Shown in pieces: positions 19,041-27,757 of a DNA stretch of 64,000 nt. Location of the stretch: the NCBI GenBank assembly GCA_049603795.1, contig JBMYSY010000010.1, positions 25,851 to 89,850 of the forward strand, written 5' to 3'. Position numbers and translations under genes: made by a program. The notes under the pieces were generated by a model. That model ran no database searches and was not told where the DNA came from. It saw nothing but the letters and a program-made list of their open reading frames with translations. Origin of the DNA: Magnetovibrionaceae bacterium (lineage in GTDB: Bacteria; Pseudomonadota; Alphaproteobacteria; Rhodospirillales; JBMYSY01). Positions within the stretch are counted from its first letter, which is position 1; each line of letters opens with the position of its first letter.

Positions 19041-20016
19041 TCCAGGCGGAACAAGCCTGCACAAGAGCACCGGGCGAAAGCTTTTTGTTCAGAAAGCCGT
19101 CGGCACCCAGCGCAATCACGCGCGCCTGGACCTCGGGGCCCGTTTCTCCTGACAGGAAGACGACCGGCAAGGTTTGAAAGCGATCAAACTGCCGGAGCAG
19201 CGCCGTCGCCTCTCCCCCTGTCAATCCAGGCATGGATTGATCCATCAAGACCAATTCGGGATCAAAGTCATCAACGGCGGCCACGATTTTTTCGGGACTC
19301 TGAAGCCATCGCACCTGATAACCCGCATTCTTCAAGACCGCCTGGTAGACCTCGCTCACAACCGGATCGTCATCGACAACGAGTATCTTCGCATTTTGCT
19401 GATCCAGCGCACCGAGAAGGGCCTCTACCCGCTCGACAATTTCCGGAATAGCCGGTTGAATCAGAACAGCCAAAGCCCCTGCCCGGGCGGCGTCAAGACG
19501 CTGGTCCTGTCCGTCCTCGTCAAGGAGGCCCAGAAGCGGCAAAGCACGGTCTTTCTCGGCACCTTTCGGATTTTTCCCGACGCGGGCCAGGCGCAGCAGC
19601 GGCTCGCCTTCTGGGCCCAACAGGCCAGCGGCGTCTAGAGCTTCCGGCAGTCCTTCGGGAAGTACGCCTTCCAGTAAGAGACGCCCACCCTCTTCAGAAG
19701 ACACTTCGCTGGCAAGTTCCGGTCCGTCAATGGCCTCGAAAGCGCGAACCTTTAAATTCAGGAAGGCATCATCCAAGCCGCCTCCCGCCGCAGCGGCCCT
19801 CTCGAGTACCTTTGCCGCGTCCGAGATGGCGTTCAGTCCAAACATCGCCGCAGCCCCCTTGAGCCGATGGTCCTCCCGCTCAAGGGCTGAAGGGTCATCT
19901 CCCAAGGCGAGCAGTTCATCCACCCGCGAGGGCAATTTTTCGGTGAAGGCTTGGCGTAGCACCGCGATCTGGGCGTTGATGGAAGATGCGTCAGAGGTGT
20001 CGGCGTCAGCCGACAT
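19018..20016 (-). CDS. Hpt domain / receiver domain hybrid signalling protein
   Basis: N-terminal Hpt signature (DHRLKGAAAMFGL). C-terminal REC domain (KILVVDDDP ... LVLMDQSMPGLTG ... VVFLSG). Confidence 0.8.
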   Translation of the reverse strand: MSADADTSDASSINAQIAVLRQAFTEKLPSRVDELLALGDDPSALEREDHRLKGAAAMFGLNAISDAAKVLERAAAAGGGLDDAFLNLKVRAFEAIDGPELASEVSSEEGGRLLLEGVLPEGLPEALDAAGLLGPEGEPLLRLARVGKNPKGAEKDRALPLLGLLDEDGQDQRLDAARAGALAVLIQPAIPEIVERVEALLGALDQQNAKILVVDDDPVVSEVYQAVLKNAGYQVRWLQSPEKIVAAVDDFDPELVLMDQSMPGLTGGEATALLRQFDRFQTLPVVFLSGETGPEVQARVIALGADGFLNKKLSPGALVQACSAWIRRRRLR

Positions 20017-20392
20017 TTTCGGACCAGATTGTGTTCAGCTGTTCTGCCAGGCTGATGGGATCAAAAGGCTTGGCAATTACATCAATCGCGCCCAGGCTTT
20101 TGTAGCGTTCAATATCGTCCGACATCACTTTCGCCGTCATGAAAATAACGGGCGTGTCCGCCAAGCCATCAAGCTTACGAAGATGTTGGAGTGTTTCCGG
20201 GCCATCCATTTCAGGCATCATGACGTCCAGCAAAATCAGGTCCGGACCGAAGGCTTCAGCTGCCCCAAGGGCTTCAGCCCCGGAAGAACAGGCCTTAACA
20301 TCAAGCCCCCCGACGTCAACAAGGGCCAAAAGAGCCACGGCTTGGATGTCCGGGTCGTCTTCCACGTACAGAACTTTTGACAGGCTAGGCAT
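20006..20392 (-). CDS. Single-domain CheY-like response regulator
   Basis: 128 aa. VLYVEDDPD, LILLDVMMPEMDG, IFMTAK and KPFDP motifs. 11-nt overlap with the downstream Hpt-REC gene. Confidence 0.88.
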   Translation of the reverse strand: MPSLSKVLYVEDDPDIQAVALLALVDVGGLDVKACSSGAEALGAAEAFGPDLILLDVMMPEMDGPETLQHLRKLDGLADTPVIFMTAKVMSDDIERYKSLGAIDVIAKPFDPISLAEQLNTIWSENVG

Positions 20393-20512
20393 TCAAACAG
20401 GGCCCATTTCAAATCAAGAAAACGGTAACACTTGAACCGTGATTGTGGGCTATCGACCGAAACTTTCAAGGAAACATTTCGATCCAAGGCCTTATCAGGG
20501 GGCCAAAAGCCG

Positions 20513-20971
20513 TCAATCATCAAATCCGTAGTGGATATAGTCGGCCCAGGTCCGTTCCAACCGTCTGAGTTCACTGGAGGTCTGTTCCACCTCTTCCGGC
20601 TTCATGCCAAACGAGCTCAGCCGTTCCGCATTTCCCTCGTGCAGGGCTTGAATGGCATCGACCACAGTGCGTGCCTTGTCGGTCAGACGGATGGTCACAG
20701 AGCGCTTGTCATGGGCCGATCGTTCCTGCTCGAGATAGCCCATCTCCGTCATTTTCTTGACGTTGTAGGACACATTGGAGCCCTGATAATACCCCCGCTC
20801 AATAAGGTCACGGATGACGATTTCCTCGCCGCCGATGTTGTTCAGCAACAGGGCCTGGACACCGTTAAGATCCCGCACCCCGAGCCGGTTGAGCTCTGTG
20901 CGCAGAACATCCAGGTAGCGACGGTGCAGTCGTTCAATTAGGCGGGTGAGTTCCAGGTATTCTCGAAGCAT
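20513..20971 (-). CDS. MarR-family winged-helix transcriptional regulator
   Basis: 152 aa. wHTH region (IRDLIERGYYQGSNVSYNVKKMTEMGYLEQERSAHDKRSV) typical of a MarR subgroup conserved in alphaproteobacteria. Confidence 0.75.
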   Translation of the reverse strand: MLREYLELTRLIERLHRRYLDVLRTELNRLGVRDLNGVQALLLNNIGGEEIVIRDLIERGYYQGSNVSYNVKKMTEMGYLEQERSAHDKRSVTIRLTDKARTVVDAIQALHEGNAERLSSFGMKPEEVEQTSSELRRLERTWADYIHYGFDD

Positions 20972-21183
20972 GAAGTCGTTCCAACATCCGAATGGTAATC
21001 AATTTGGTTCAAGCGGCCCCCATGGTCCCGCTTAATGCCGCCACTGCCAAGTGAAACAGGTCACAAGAGTGCACTTTTAGACAGACGTTGCGCAAGACCG
21101 GGATGCTTTGAAAGCTTGGCCTAAGCGCCTGATTGTGCCACGATTTACCGGATAACCTCCGCTAAAAAGGCCTTGCCTGATCG

Positions 21184-22056
21184 ATGATCGATTCCTCCCC
21201 TGCCCGCTTCCGCGTTCTGGCGCTGACAGCCCTGCTTCTGGCCCCCTTGGGAGCCTGCTCCTCGACGCCAAGCGAAAATGGGCCGGACCAATCGGCGGAA
21301 GCTCCTGAGGCCGGACAATTGCTTCGAATTGCCGATGCCACGGCAGCCGGAGGTGATTTCCTGACGGCTGCAGGTCTTTACCGGCGTGCACATGAACAAG
21401 ACCCGGATGATCCGGCCCCCCTCGCCCGCCTTGGCGACCTTCAAACCCGACTGGGGGAAACAGAGGCCGCTATCAACAGCTACAAGGCCGCAATAACACG
21501 CGATCCGGACAACACTGCGCTTGCCACCAAGACAGCCAAAGCTCTGATCAAACAAGGCGATGCCGCAGAGGCGCGCGATCTCTTGGAAGCCGCAAGGGGG
21601 GGCGAAAACGAAGATCCCGCCTTGCTCAATCTATACGGCGTAACCTTGGATCTCTTGGGCCAACACAAGGATGCCTGGCCGGTTTACGAGGCCGGCCTTA
21701 AGATCACGCCGGACGATAGTGCCTTGAACAACAACTACAGCCTGTCCCTGGCCCTCGGTGGTGCCTATCGGGAGGCTGTGGTTCGCCTGCTGGCGCTGTC
21801 CGATCTCGCAGGGGCAACCGTCCGCCATCGGCAGAATCTTGCGCTGGTCTATGGCCTACAGGGCGATGAGGAAAAAGCGGAACGGCTGATCCGTCTCGAC
21901 CTGCCGGAAGCCGCGGTAGAACGAAACCTGAGGCTTTATCGGGAACTTCGGTCAATGCCGGAAGGGGAACGCAGCCAGGCGGTCTTGAGGGCGGCAGGGG
22001 CGATACCGATTAGCCCCCCAATGAAGCCAACCGTGCCAGATGCACCGGAAAGCTGA
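21184..22056 (+). CDS. tadD: TPR-repeat lipoprotein, TadD-like Flp pilus assembly protein
   Basis: Lipobox LLAPLGAC|SS, several TPR-like repeats, RQNLALVYGLQGDEEKAE segment. Located next to the tad operon. Confidence 0.7.
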   Translation: MIDSSPARFRVLALTALLLAPLGACSSTPSENGPDQSAEAPEAGQLLRIADATAAGGDFLTAAGLYRRAHEQDPDDPAPLARLGDLQTRLGETEAAINSYKAAITRDPDNTALATKTAKALIKQGDAAEARDLLEAARGGENEDPALLNLYGVTLDLLGQHKDAWPVYEAGLKITPDDSALNNNYSLSLALGGAYREAVVRLLALSDLAGATVRHRQNLALVYGLQGDEEKAERLIRLDLPEAAVERNLRLYRELRSMPEGERSQAVLRAAGAIPISPPMKPTVPDAPES

Positions 22057-22119
22057 AATCCGCACCGAATTGCGGTAGACTAGATGTGATGCGCCCCTTC
22101 GGATTCGATTGGACTGTTT

Positions 22120-22374
22120 ATGGCCGACGATTCAAAAAGCAAAGCCGACGCCGTGTTTGATATTCCGGTCGAGGTAACGGCCGTACTGGGCACGGCGCAA
22201 ATGCCGATCAGTCAGATCCTGAAGCTCGGACGTGGAGCCGTGGTGGAGCTGGAGCGTGTCATAGGCGAAGACATTGAACTTCACGCCAACAATCGTTTGA
22301 TCGCACGCGGCGAAGTGGTCGTTGTGGAAGACCGCCTGGGCGTCACGCTCACCGAAATCACGAAAATGACTTAA
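22120..22374 (+). CDS. fliN: FliN/SpoA-domain protein (flagellar motor switch / T3SS sorting-platform family)
   Basis: 84 aa. DIPVEVTAVLGTAQMPISQILKLGRGAVVELERVIGEDIELHANNRLIARGEVVVVEDRLGVTLTEI is a canonical SpoA/FliN C-terminal domain. Confidence 0.85.
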   Translation: MADDSKSKADAVFDIPVEVTAVLGTAQMPISQILKLGRGAVVELERVIGEDIELHANNRLIARGEVVVVEDRLGVTLTEITKMT

Positions 22375-22601
22375 GCGGCGATGGCCGTCTCGGCCTGCAT
22401 CAAACGCCGAGCCCCGAAAGCCAAGGCTTCGGTGGAATCCATTTCACCCTGATAGAGTCGCTCAGCCGCACGAAGCATGTCTTTACCGGCGGCACGGAAA
22501 ATTTCCGCGCGGGTCCCCTTACCCACTTTCTCAGCGTCCATCATCAAATGGGCTGCGTAGTCACAAAGGCGGCGGAAGATATCGACGGATTCTGCTGACA
22601 T
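22371..22601 (-). CDS. Hypothetical small helical protein
   Basis: 76 aa, predicted all-helical, no family recognised. Its stop overlaps the fliN stop. A CtrA-type box lies about 135 nt upstream. Confidence 0.45.
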   Translation of the reverse strand: MSAESVDIFRRLCDYAAHLMMDAEKVGKGTRAEIFRAAGKDMLRAAERLYQGEMDSTEALAFGARRLMQAETAIAA

Positions 22602-22734
22602 GGCCTTACCCCTGAAATCAGGGCTCCCTTCTGGGTTGGCGGCACGCTTCTGGTGCCGAACGAAGGCCAGAGTCGCCTTTAATTTTTAACAAGCGGTAAA
22701 CAGGTCGGCATATTTTTCCTATTAAATTCAGATA

Positions 22735-22750
22735 TTAAGTGGACATTAAC
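22735..22750. promoter_or_regulatory. CtrA-type box TTAA-N7-TTAAC
   Basis: TTAAGTGGACATTAAC matches the alphaproteobacterial CtrA consensus spacing exactly. It lies in an AT-rich gap between the tadC stop and the 76-aa gene. Confidence 0.4.
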
Positions 22751-22773
22751 CCTGTTTCGCCTATCGCCCGGCA

Positions 22774-23760
22774 TCACATGTTCGGAAGATTGTCCATCAA
22801 GCGCAAAATCGCCGGGCCCAACAAGATTACAAACAGACAGGGCAGAATAAACAGGATCATCGGCACGGTCAGGATGGTCGGCAGCCTGGCCGCTTTTTCT
22901 TCAGCCTTCATCAGGCGCTCATTGCGGAATTCTCCCGCCAGAACCCGAAGCGACTGGGCCAAAGGCGTGCCGAACTTTTCGGTCTGCATAAGGGTATTCA
23001 CCACCCCACGGATGGAGGCCAGATCCGTCCGGTTTGCGAGATTTTCCAGAGCCCTGGTCCGATCGGGCAGAAAGCCCAGTTCCGCTGCCGTCAGGCCGAA
23101 TTCATCGGCGAGCGCGGGGGAAGCCTGGCCCATCTCGCGCGCAACCCGGTTCAACCCGGCATCCAGGGCCAATCCGGCCTCGGCACAGATCACCAAGAGG
23201 TCAAGCGCATCGGGTAGTGCCTTCTGCAGTTCGGACTGGCGGCGTTGCACAGCATTGCGCACGAAAACTTCCGGCAGATAGGATCCAAATAGGGTCGCAC
23301 CCAGGCAGGCTGCGGCCTGCAGCAGTGCAGACAGATCATAGAGGTTCAGGCCATAAAATAGCGCGACAGAGATCAACATGGCCCCCGCCGGCAAGGCGAT
23401 CTTGGCGAACAAATAGATCACCAGCGCATCCTTGGTCCGCCAACCGGCACGCATCAGGCTCATGCTCATCCGTTCGGCCTGCTCGGCCTTGACGAGATTC
23501 AGCTTTGCCGTGATGCCCCGCATCATCTGAACGGCGTTTTTGGCCCTTGTATTGTGGGATTGAGCACGTGTTACCCCTGCCCTCAAATCCGCACGATGTT
23601 TAGCGAGTGCCTTGGCGCGGGCGGCAAAAGGATCGCGGACCACAAGACCGCTCCAGACGGCCAGAACCACAAAGACAGCACAGAGACCGCTGATGGCCAT
23701 GATCACCAGTTCAGGCTCAATGCCACCAAATGTTCCGCTCGGAAGGAAGTTCTCACCCAT
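22774..23760 (-). CDS. tadC: Flp pilus assembly inner-membrane platform protein TadC (T2SS F family)
   Basis: 328 aa. T2SSF-type domain with TM helices at both ends. Position after tadB. Confidence 0.88.
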   Translation of the reverse strand: MGENFLPSGTFGGIEPELVIMAISGLCAVFVVLAVWSGLVVRDPFAARAKALAKHRADLRAGVTRAQSHNTRAKNAVQMMRGITAKLNLVKAEQAERMSMSLMRAGWRTKDALVIYLFAKIALPAGAMLISVALFYGLNLYDLSALLQAAACLGATLFGSYLPEVFVRNAVQRRQSELQKALPDALDLLVICAEAGLALDAGLNRVAREMGQASPALADEFGLTAAELGFLPDRTRALENLANRTDLASIRGVVNTLMQTEKFGTPLAQSLRVLAGEFRNERLMKAEEKAARLPTILTVPMILFILPCLFVILLGPAILRLMDNLPNM

Positions 23761-23775
23761 TTCTCCGCTCCTTCC

Positions 23776-24783
23776 CTAGACCTCGAACTTGATCAGGCGG
23801 GCCATGACAAAGGCCCCGCCGGCCATCAACACCCCAGCGCCGATGAGCATCAATCGGCCCCGGGAATCGCTCAGCAGTTGCCCCGCGTAGTCCGGGCTCA
23901 TGGCATAAAGAATGCCGAACATGAGGAAAGGCAGCATGCCCAGCAACATGGCGCTGGCACGCGCCTCGGATGACATGGCCTTCACTTTCAGTCGCATCTG
24001 TTTGCGTTTGCGCAGAATGTCGGACAGGTTGGCCAGCGTTTCTGCCAGGTTGCCGCCGGTTTCCTTCTGGACCGTCAGGCTGATGACGAAGAACTTGAAT
24101 TCCGCTGTATCCAGCCGCTTTGCCGATTGCCACAGCGCGTCTTCCAGTTCCTGACCGAAAGAGACCGCGTCGGAGACAGCTTTGAATTCCGCCCCCACCG
24201 GTGCGGGCATTTCTTCGCCGACGCTTTTGATCGACTGGCTTACGGGTAATCCGGATTTGAGGCCGCGCACCATCAGGTCGATGGCATCCGGGAACTGGGA
24301 GGTAAAGGCGTTGATCCTGCGGTCGCCCATCTTGCCAATCACCCAATAGGGCAGCCCGACGCCGGAAACGAGGCCGAGCAGAAGGCCTATGATCTCGGAA
24401 AATCCCCCGAAGACGCTGACCAGGATGAAGGTCAGGACGGCAAGGCCCAGGCAGACCAGACCGTAGGTGCCGGGCTTCAACTGTCGGCCCGTTCGATCAA
24501 AGCGCGCCTGGAGCTTGTCCATTCGCGGCATGGATTTTCGGGCAAAGCCATCAAGGGCACTGGCAGCACCATCGCCATCCTTGCGCAATGACCCCGGCTT
24601 GGCGGCCTGAGTGGTCCCGGCGGCCTTTCCTCTCTTCGAGAGTCCGGCCGCGCGCTTGGCGAGACTATGGCGGGGACGAAGCAGCGCGCCGATGGCAAAG
24701 ACGATCACGAGCCCCGCCGTAGCGGCTCCGGCCATGATCAGCAGATCGGGGGAAAGTTGAAACATCTCGACCTCCGCTATCAA
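23776..24783 (-). CDS. tadB: Flp pilus assembly inner-membrane platform protein TadB (T2SS F family)
   Basis: 335 aa. T2SSF-type domain. 4-nt overlap with the cpaF stop. Confidence 0.88.
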   Translation of the reverse strand: MIAEVEMFQLSPDLLIMAGAATAGLVIVFAIGALLRPRHSLAKRAAGLSKRGKAAGTTQAAKPGSLRKDGDGAASALDGFARKSMPRMDKLQARFDRTGRQLKPGTYGLVCLGLAVLTFILVSVFGGFSEIIGLLLGLVSGVGLPYWVIGKMGDRRINAFTSQFPDAIDLMVRGLKSGLPVSQSIKSVGEEMPAPVGAEFKAVSDAVSFGQELEDALWQSAKRLDTAEFKFFVISLTVQKETGGNLAETLANLSDILRKRKQMRLKVKAMSSEARASAMLLGMLPFLMFGILYAMSPDYAGQLLSDSRGRLMLIGAGVLMAGGAFVMARLIKFEV

Positions 24784-26519
24784 GGCTGGGCCGGGGCCGG
24801 CGCATCGACGCTGCCCATGGCATCCATCAAGGCCCTGCCCAGACCGAAATAGTCAGCGCGTTCCAGGAAGGCCGGTCGCAGGCCACTTGAGACAAAGCTG
24901 CCCTTCAGGTGGCCGTTCTCGTCTTCGCCTTCGAACTTGAAGGTGAAGAGGTCCTGGGTGGTGATGATCTCCCCTTCCATGCCGACGATTTCAGTCACCT
25001 GGGTGATCCGCCGGATGCCGTCGCGCATCCGCGCAATTTGGACGACCAGGTTCACCGCGCCCGCGATCTGCGACCGCACGGCCTCGTTCGGCAGTTTGAC
25101 ACCGGCCATGGCGACCATGTTTTCCAACCGCACCAGGGCTTCGCGTGGGCGGTTGGCGTGGATGGTGCACATGGACCCATCGTGGCCGGTGTTCATGGCT
25201 TGCAGCATGTCGAGTGCCTCACCGGCACGGATTTCGCCCAGTATGATACGATCGGGGCGCATGCGAAGGCAGTTCTTCACCAATTCGCGCTGGGTAATTT
25301 CGCCCTCGCCCTCCAGGTTCGGTGGGCGGGTTTCCAGGCGGACCACATGGGGCTGCTGCAGTTGCAGTTCGGCGGCATCTTCGATGGTCACGATGCGCTC
25401 GGACTCATCGATCATGCGGCTCATGGCGTTCAACAGGGTGGTCTTACCGGAACCCGTACCACCGGAAATCAGGATGTTCAGCCGCGCGCGAGATGCGATC
25501 TTGAGGACCTTGGCCAGATTTTCCGACAGGTTCTTCGTTTCGATCATTTTGTCCAGCGTGATCTTTTTCTTGGCGAATTTCCGGATCGAGATGCTGGGGC
25601 CATCAATGGCAAGCGGAGGAATGATGATGTTGACGCGGCTGCCATCGGCGAGGCGGGCATCGACCAGTGGCGTGCTCTCGTCGACGCGGCGGCCGATGGC
25701 CGTGACGATGCGGGTCGCGATTTGCATCACATGGGCATCATCGCGGAACTGCACGGCGGAAAGTTCCAGCTTGCCCTTACGCTCCACATAGACCTGGCGC
25801 GGACCGTTGACCATGATGTCGGTGACCAGATCGTCGGCCAACAGGGGCTCAAGCGGGCCAAGGCCCAGCAGGTCGTGAAGCAGCAGGGTCACCAGATCGC
25901 GCTGCTCCAACAGGTTCAGATTCCGCTTCTGCTCCGCCAAAACCTCGGCGGCCACATCGCCGATCTGGCGGGCCAGTTCGTCACGCGGCAATTGGATGGC
26001 CTTCGAGACATCGATCCGCTCCAACAAGGGTGCCTGAACCGCGTCCTTGGCGGCGATCACGGTACTTTGCGGGGACTGAACGTCATTGGCCGGTGTTCTG
26101 GCTTGAACTTTCGCGCGCTTTTGAAGCTCGTTCATCACCGCCGTAATCAGGTCCCGCCGCTCAGCCTCGTTGGGGGTCGCCCCCGCTTCACCGGCCAACC
26201 GGTCAAGCACGGAACCGACCTCGTCGGCCAGGCTTTTCCGGCTCATGGCCTGTATCGCTTCTGATGTCAGATCGGTCTCAAGTCGTTCGAGTGCGGTCTC
26301 TTTCAGGTCGCCCATCGTGCGGGAAGAGAGGACAACCTGGGCGGCAGCGGGGTCCCGATCGCCCCGGGCATCCCCCGCCACCGCCGGAGCACCCGGCTTG
26401 GCCGTCCCTTGCCGGCCAGGTACCCTATCCGAACTGTTTTGAGACCCTTGACCCTGAACCTTGGCTTCGGGGCCGGGGAAGACATGGGTCTCGACGGTTC
26501 CTCTGCGTCCGAACATCAC
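24780..26519 (-). CDS. cpaF: Flp pilus assembly ATPase CpaF/TadA
   Basis: 579 aa. Walker A ISGGTGSGKTTLLNA, VTIEDAAELQL, and GHDGSMCTIHAN His-box of secretion ATPases. Long low-complexity N-terminus. Confidence 0.93.
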   Translation of the reverse strand: MMFGRRGTVETHVFPGPEAKVQGQGSQNSSDRVPGRQGTAKPGAPAVAGDARGDRDPAAAQVVLSSRTMGDLKETALERLETDLTSEAIQAMSRKSLADEVGSVLDRLAGEAGATPNEAERRDLITAVMNELQKRAKVQARTPANDVQSPQSTVIAAKDAVQAPLLERIDVSKAIQLPRDELARQIGDVAAEVLAEQKRNLNLLEQRDLVTLLLHDLLGLGPLEPLLADDLVTDIMVNGPRQVYVERKGKLELSAVQFRDDAHVMQIATRIVTAIGRRVDESTPLVDARLADGSRVNIIIPPLAIDGPSISIRKFAKKKITLDKMIETKNLSENLAKVLKIASRARLNILISGGTGSGKTTLLNAMSRMIDESERIVTIEDAAELQLQQPHVVRLETRPPNLEGEGEITQRELVKNCLRMRPDRIILGEIRAGEALDMLQAMNTGHDGSMCTIHANRPREALVRLENMVAMAGVKLPNEAVRSQIAGAVNLVVQIARMRDGIRRITQVTEIVGMEGEIITTQDLFTFKFEGEDENGHLKGSFVSSGLRPAFLERADYFGLGRALMDAMGSVDAPAPAQP

Positions 26520-27736
26520 CCGGCCCTCCCCATCAGGCGGGCCAGCAGGCCCGGTTTTTCAGCAATTTCCTGGCCCAACACGTCATCCAGCAAGCCTTCC
26601 AGAGTCTGGACCGACCGTGCCTTGGGCAGAGCTTCGGCCCAGCAAAGGCCACGCGCCTCCGCCTCGCTCCCGACCTTGGGCTCGAAGGGGCAGACGGCAT
26701 CGACCGGCACTTCGGCACCGGCTTCGAAATCCTTCACCTTGAGCTCGCTTTTCGGCTGGCGGCCCACGAGGTTCAGGACCAATTTCGCATCAATGCCGGA
26801 ACCCGCTTTCGCCAACTTGGCCAGTCGCCCGGCGTCACGCATCGCGGTCAAAGACGGGTCGGCAACGATCAGCCAATGGGTCCCCGTCCGGGCCTGGGTG
26901 ATCTGACGTCGGGCAGCATGGCGCGGGAGATCAAGCACGATCAGGTCCGCATCGGCAGAGACCCGCTCCAACAAGGCATCAAGGGAATCGCCATCGAACC
27001 GACAGGGATGATCCAGCGGCTCCTCCGAGGCCAAGAGCGACAGCTGGTCTGTTTTGTGAACCATGGCGCGTTCCATGAACAGGCCATCAATCCGTTCAGG
27101 CTGTTCCAGGGCTTCGCGGAAACCACGACCGGGTTCCACATCGAAGTTGAGCGCCTGAGTGCCGAAGGTGAGGTCCAGATCGACCAGGACCGTTTTCAAA
27201 TCCCGCTTTTCCGATGCCATCCAGGCTAGATTTGCAGCGATCGCGGAAGCCCCTGTGCCGCCCCGCGCTCCGGTCACGGCGATGATCTCGCATTGCTTTG
27301 GTGTCTGCACTTCCGGTTCGATAGCAACAGGCTCGCGCATCAAGACGCCGGCCAGATCATCCGCATCGACCGGCTTCGGCAGGTAGTCTTCCAGGCCGAG
27401 GCTCGTCAGCCGGCGATAGAGCCGCACATCGTTGCAGGAGCCCAGCGCAAAGACCCGCGCGCCCGGATCACAGACGAGAGAGAGCTCGTCGAGCGCAGAC
27501 AGTGGATCCGCCGCTTCGTCCAGATCGACCACTAGACGCTGGGGTGTCTGCCTGCTTTGCAAGGCCTGGGCTGCCGTCGCGATCCCGCCGGGGAAGACGC
27601 TGTCCGCAGGAAGACCCGCCTTTGCTGCGGCATTGCGGCAGACTTGGCCCGTGGCGTCATCGGATACAAAGAACAGGATGGCTTCCGCGCCCTTGGCGGA
27701 CAGGTCCACCGGAGAAGTCTGTGTGATGGCGTTCAT
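26516..27736 (-). CDS. cpaE: Flp pilus assembly protein CpaE/TadZ (receiver-like N-domain plus MinD/ParA-type ATPase)
   Basis: 406 aa. Deviant Walker A VTGARGGTGAS. Operon position between cpaD and cpaF. Confidence 0.88.
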   Translation of the reverse strand: MNAITQTSPVDLSAKGAEAILFFVSDDATGQVCRNAAAKAGLPADSVFPGGIATAAQALQSRQTPQRLVVDLDEAADPLSALDELSLVCDPGARVFALGSCNDVRLYRRLTSLGLEDYLPKPVDADDLAGVLMREPVAIEPEVQTPKQCEIIAVTGARGGTGASAIAANLAWMASEKRDLKTVLVDLDLTFGTQALNFDVEPGRGFREALEQPERIDGLFMERAMVHKTDQLSLLASEEPLDHPCRFDGDSLDALLERVSADADLIVLDLPRHAARRQITQARTGTHWLIVADPSLTAMRDAGRLAKLAKAGSGIDAKLVLNLVGRQPKSELKVKDFEAGAEVPVDAVCPFEPKVGSEAEARGLCWAEALPKARSVQTLEGLLDDVLGQEIAEKPGLLARLMGRAG

Positions 27737-27757
27737 CTCTCTGTCCCCTTCCTTGAC

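Noticed and set aside
18252-19070. N-terminal 273-aa extension of the minus-strand ORF 17766-19070
   Set aside because: It is antisense to the GmhB-like HAD phosphatase, which has all HAD motifs. Only the C-terminal 161 aa (DUF454/YbaN-like) look genuine, starting at ATG 18251.
24909-26264. 451-aa and 284-aa ORFs on the plus strand
   Set aside because: They are antisense to cpaF, which has Walker A/B and His-box motifs. They are shadow ORFs.
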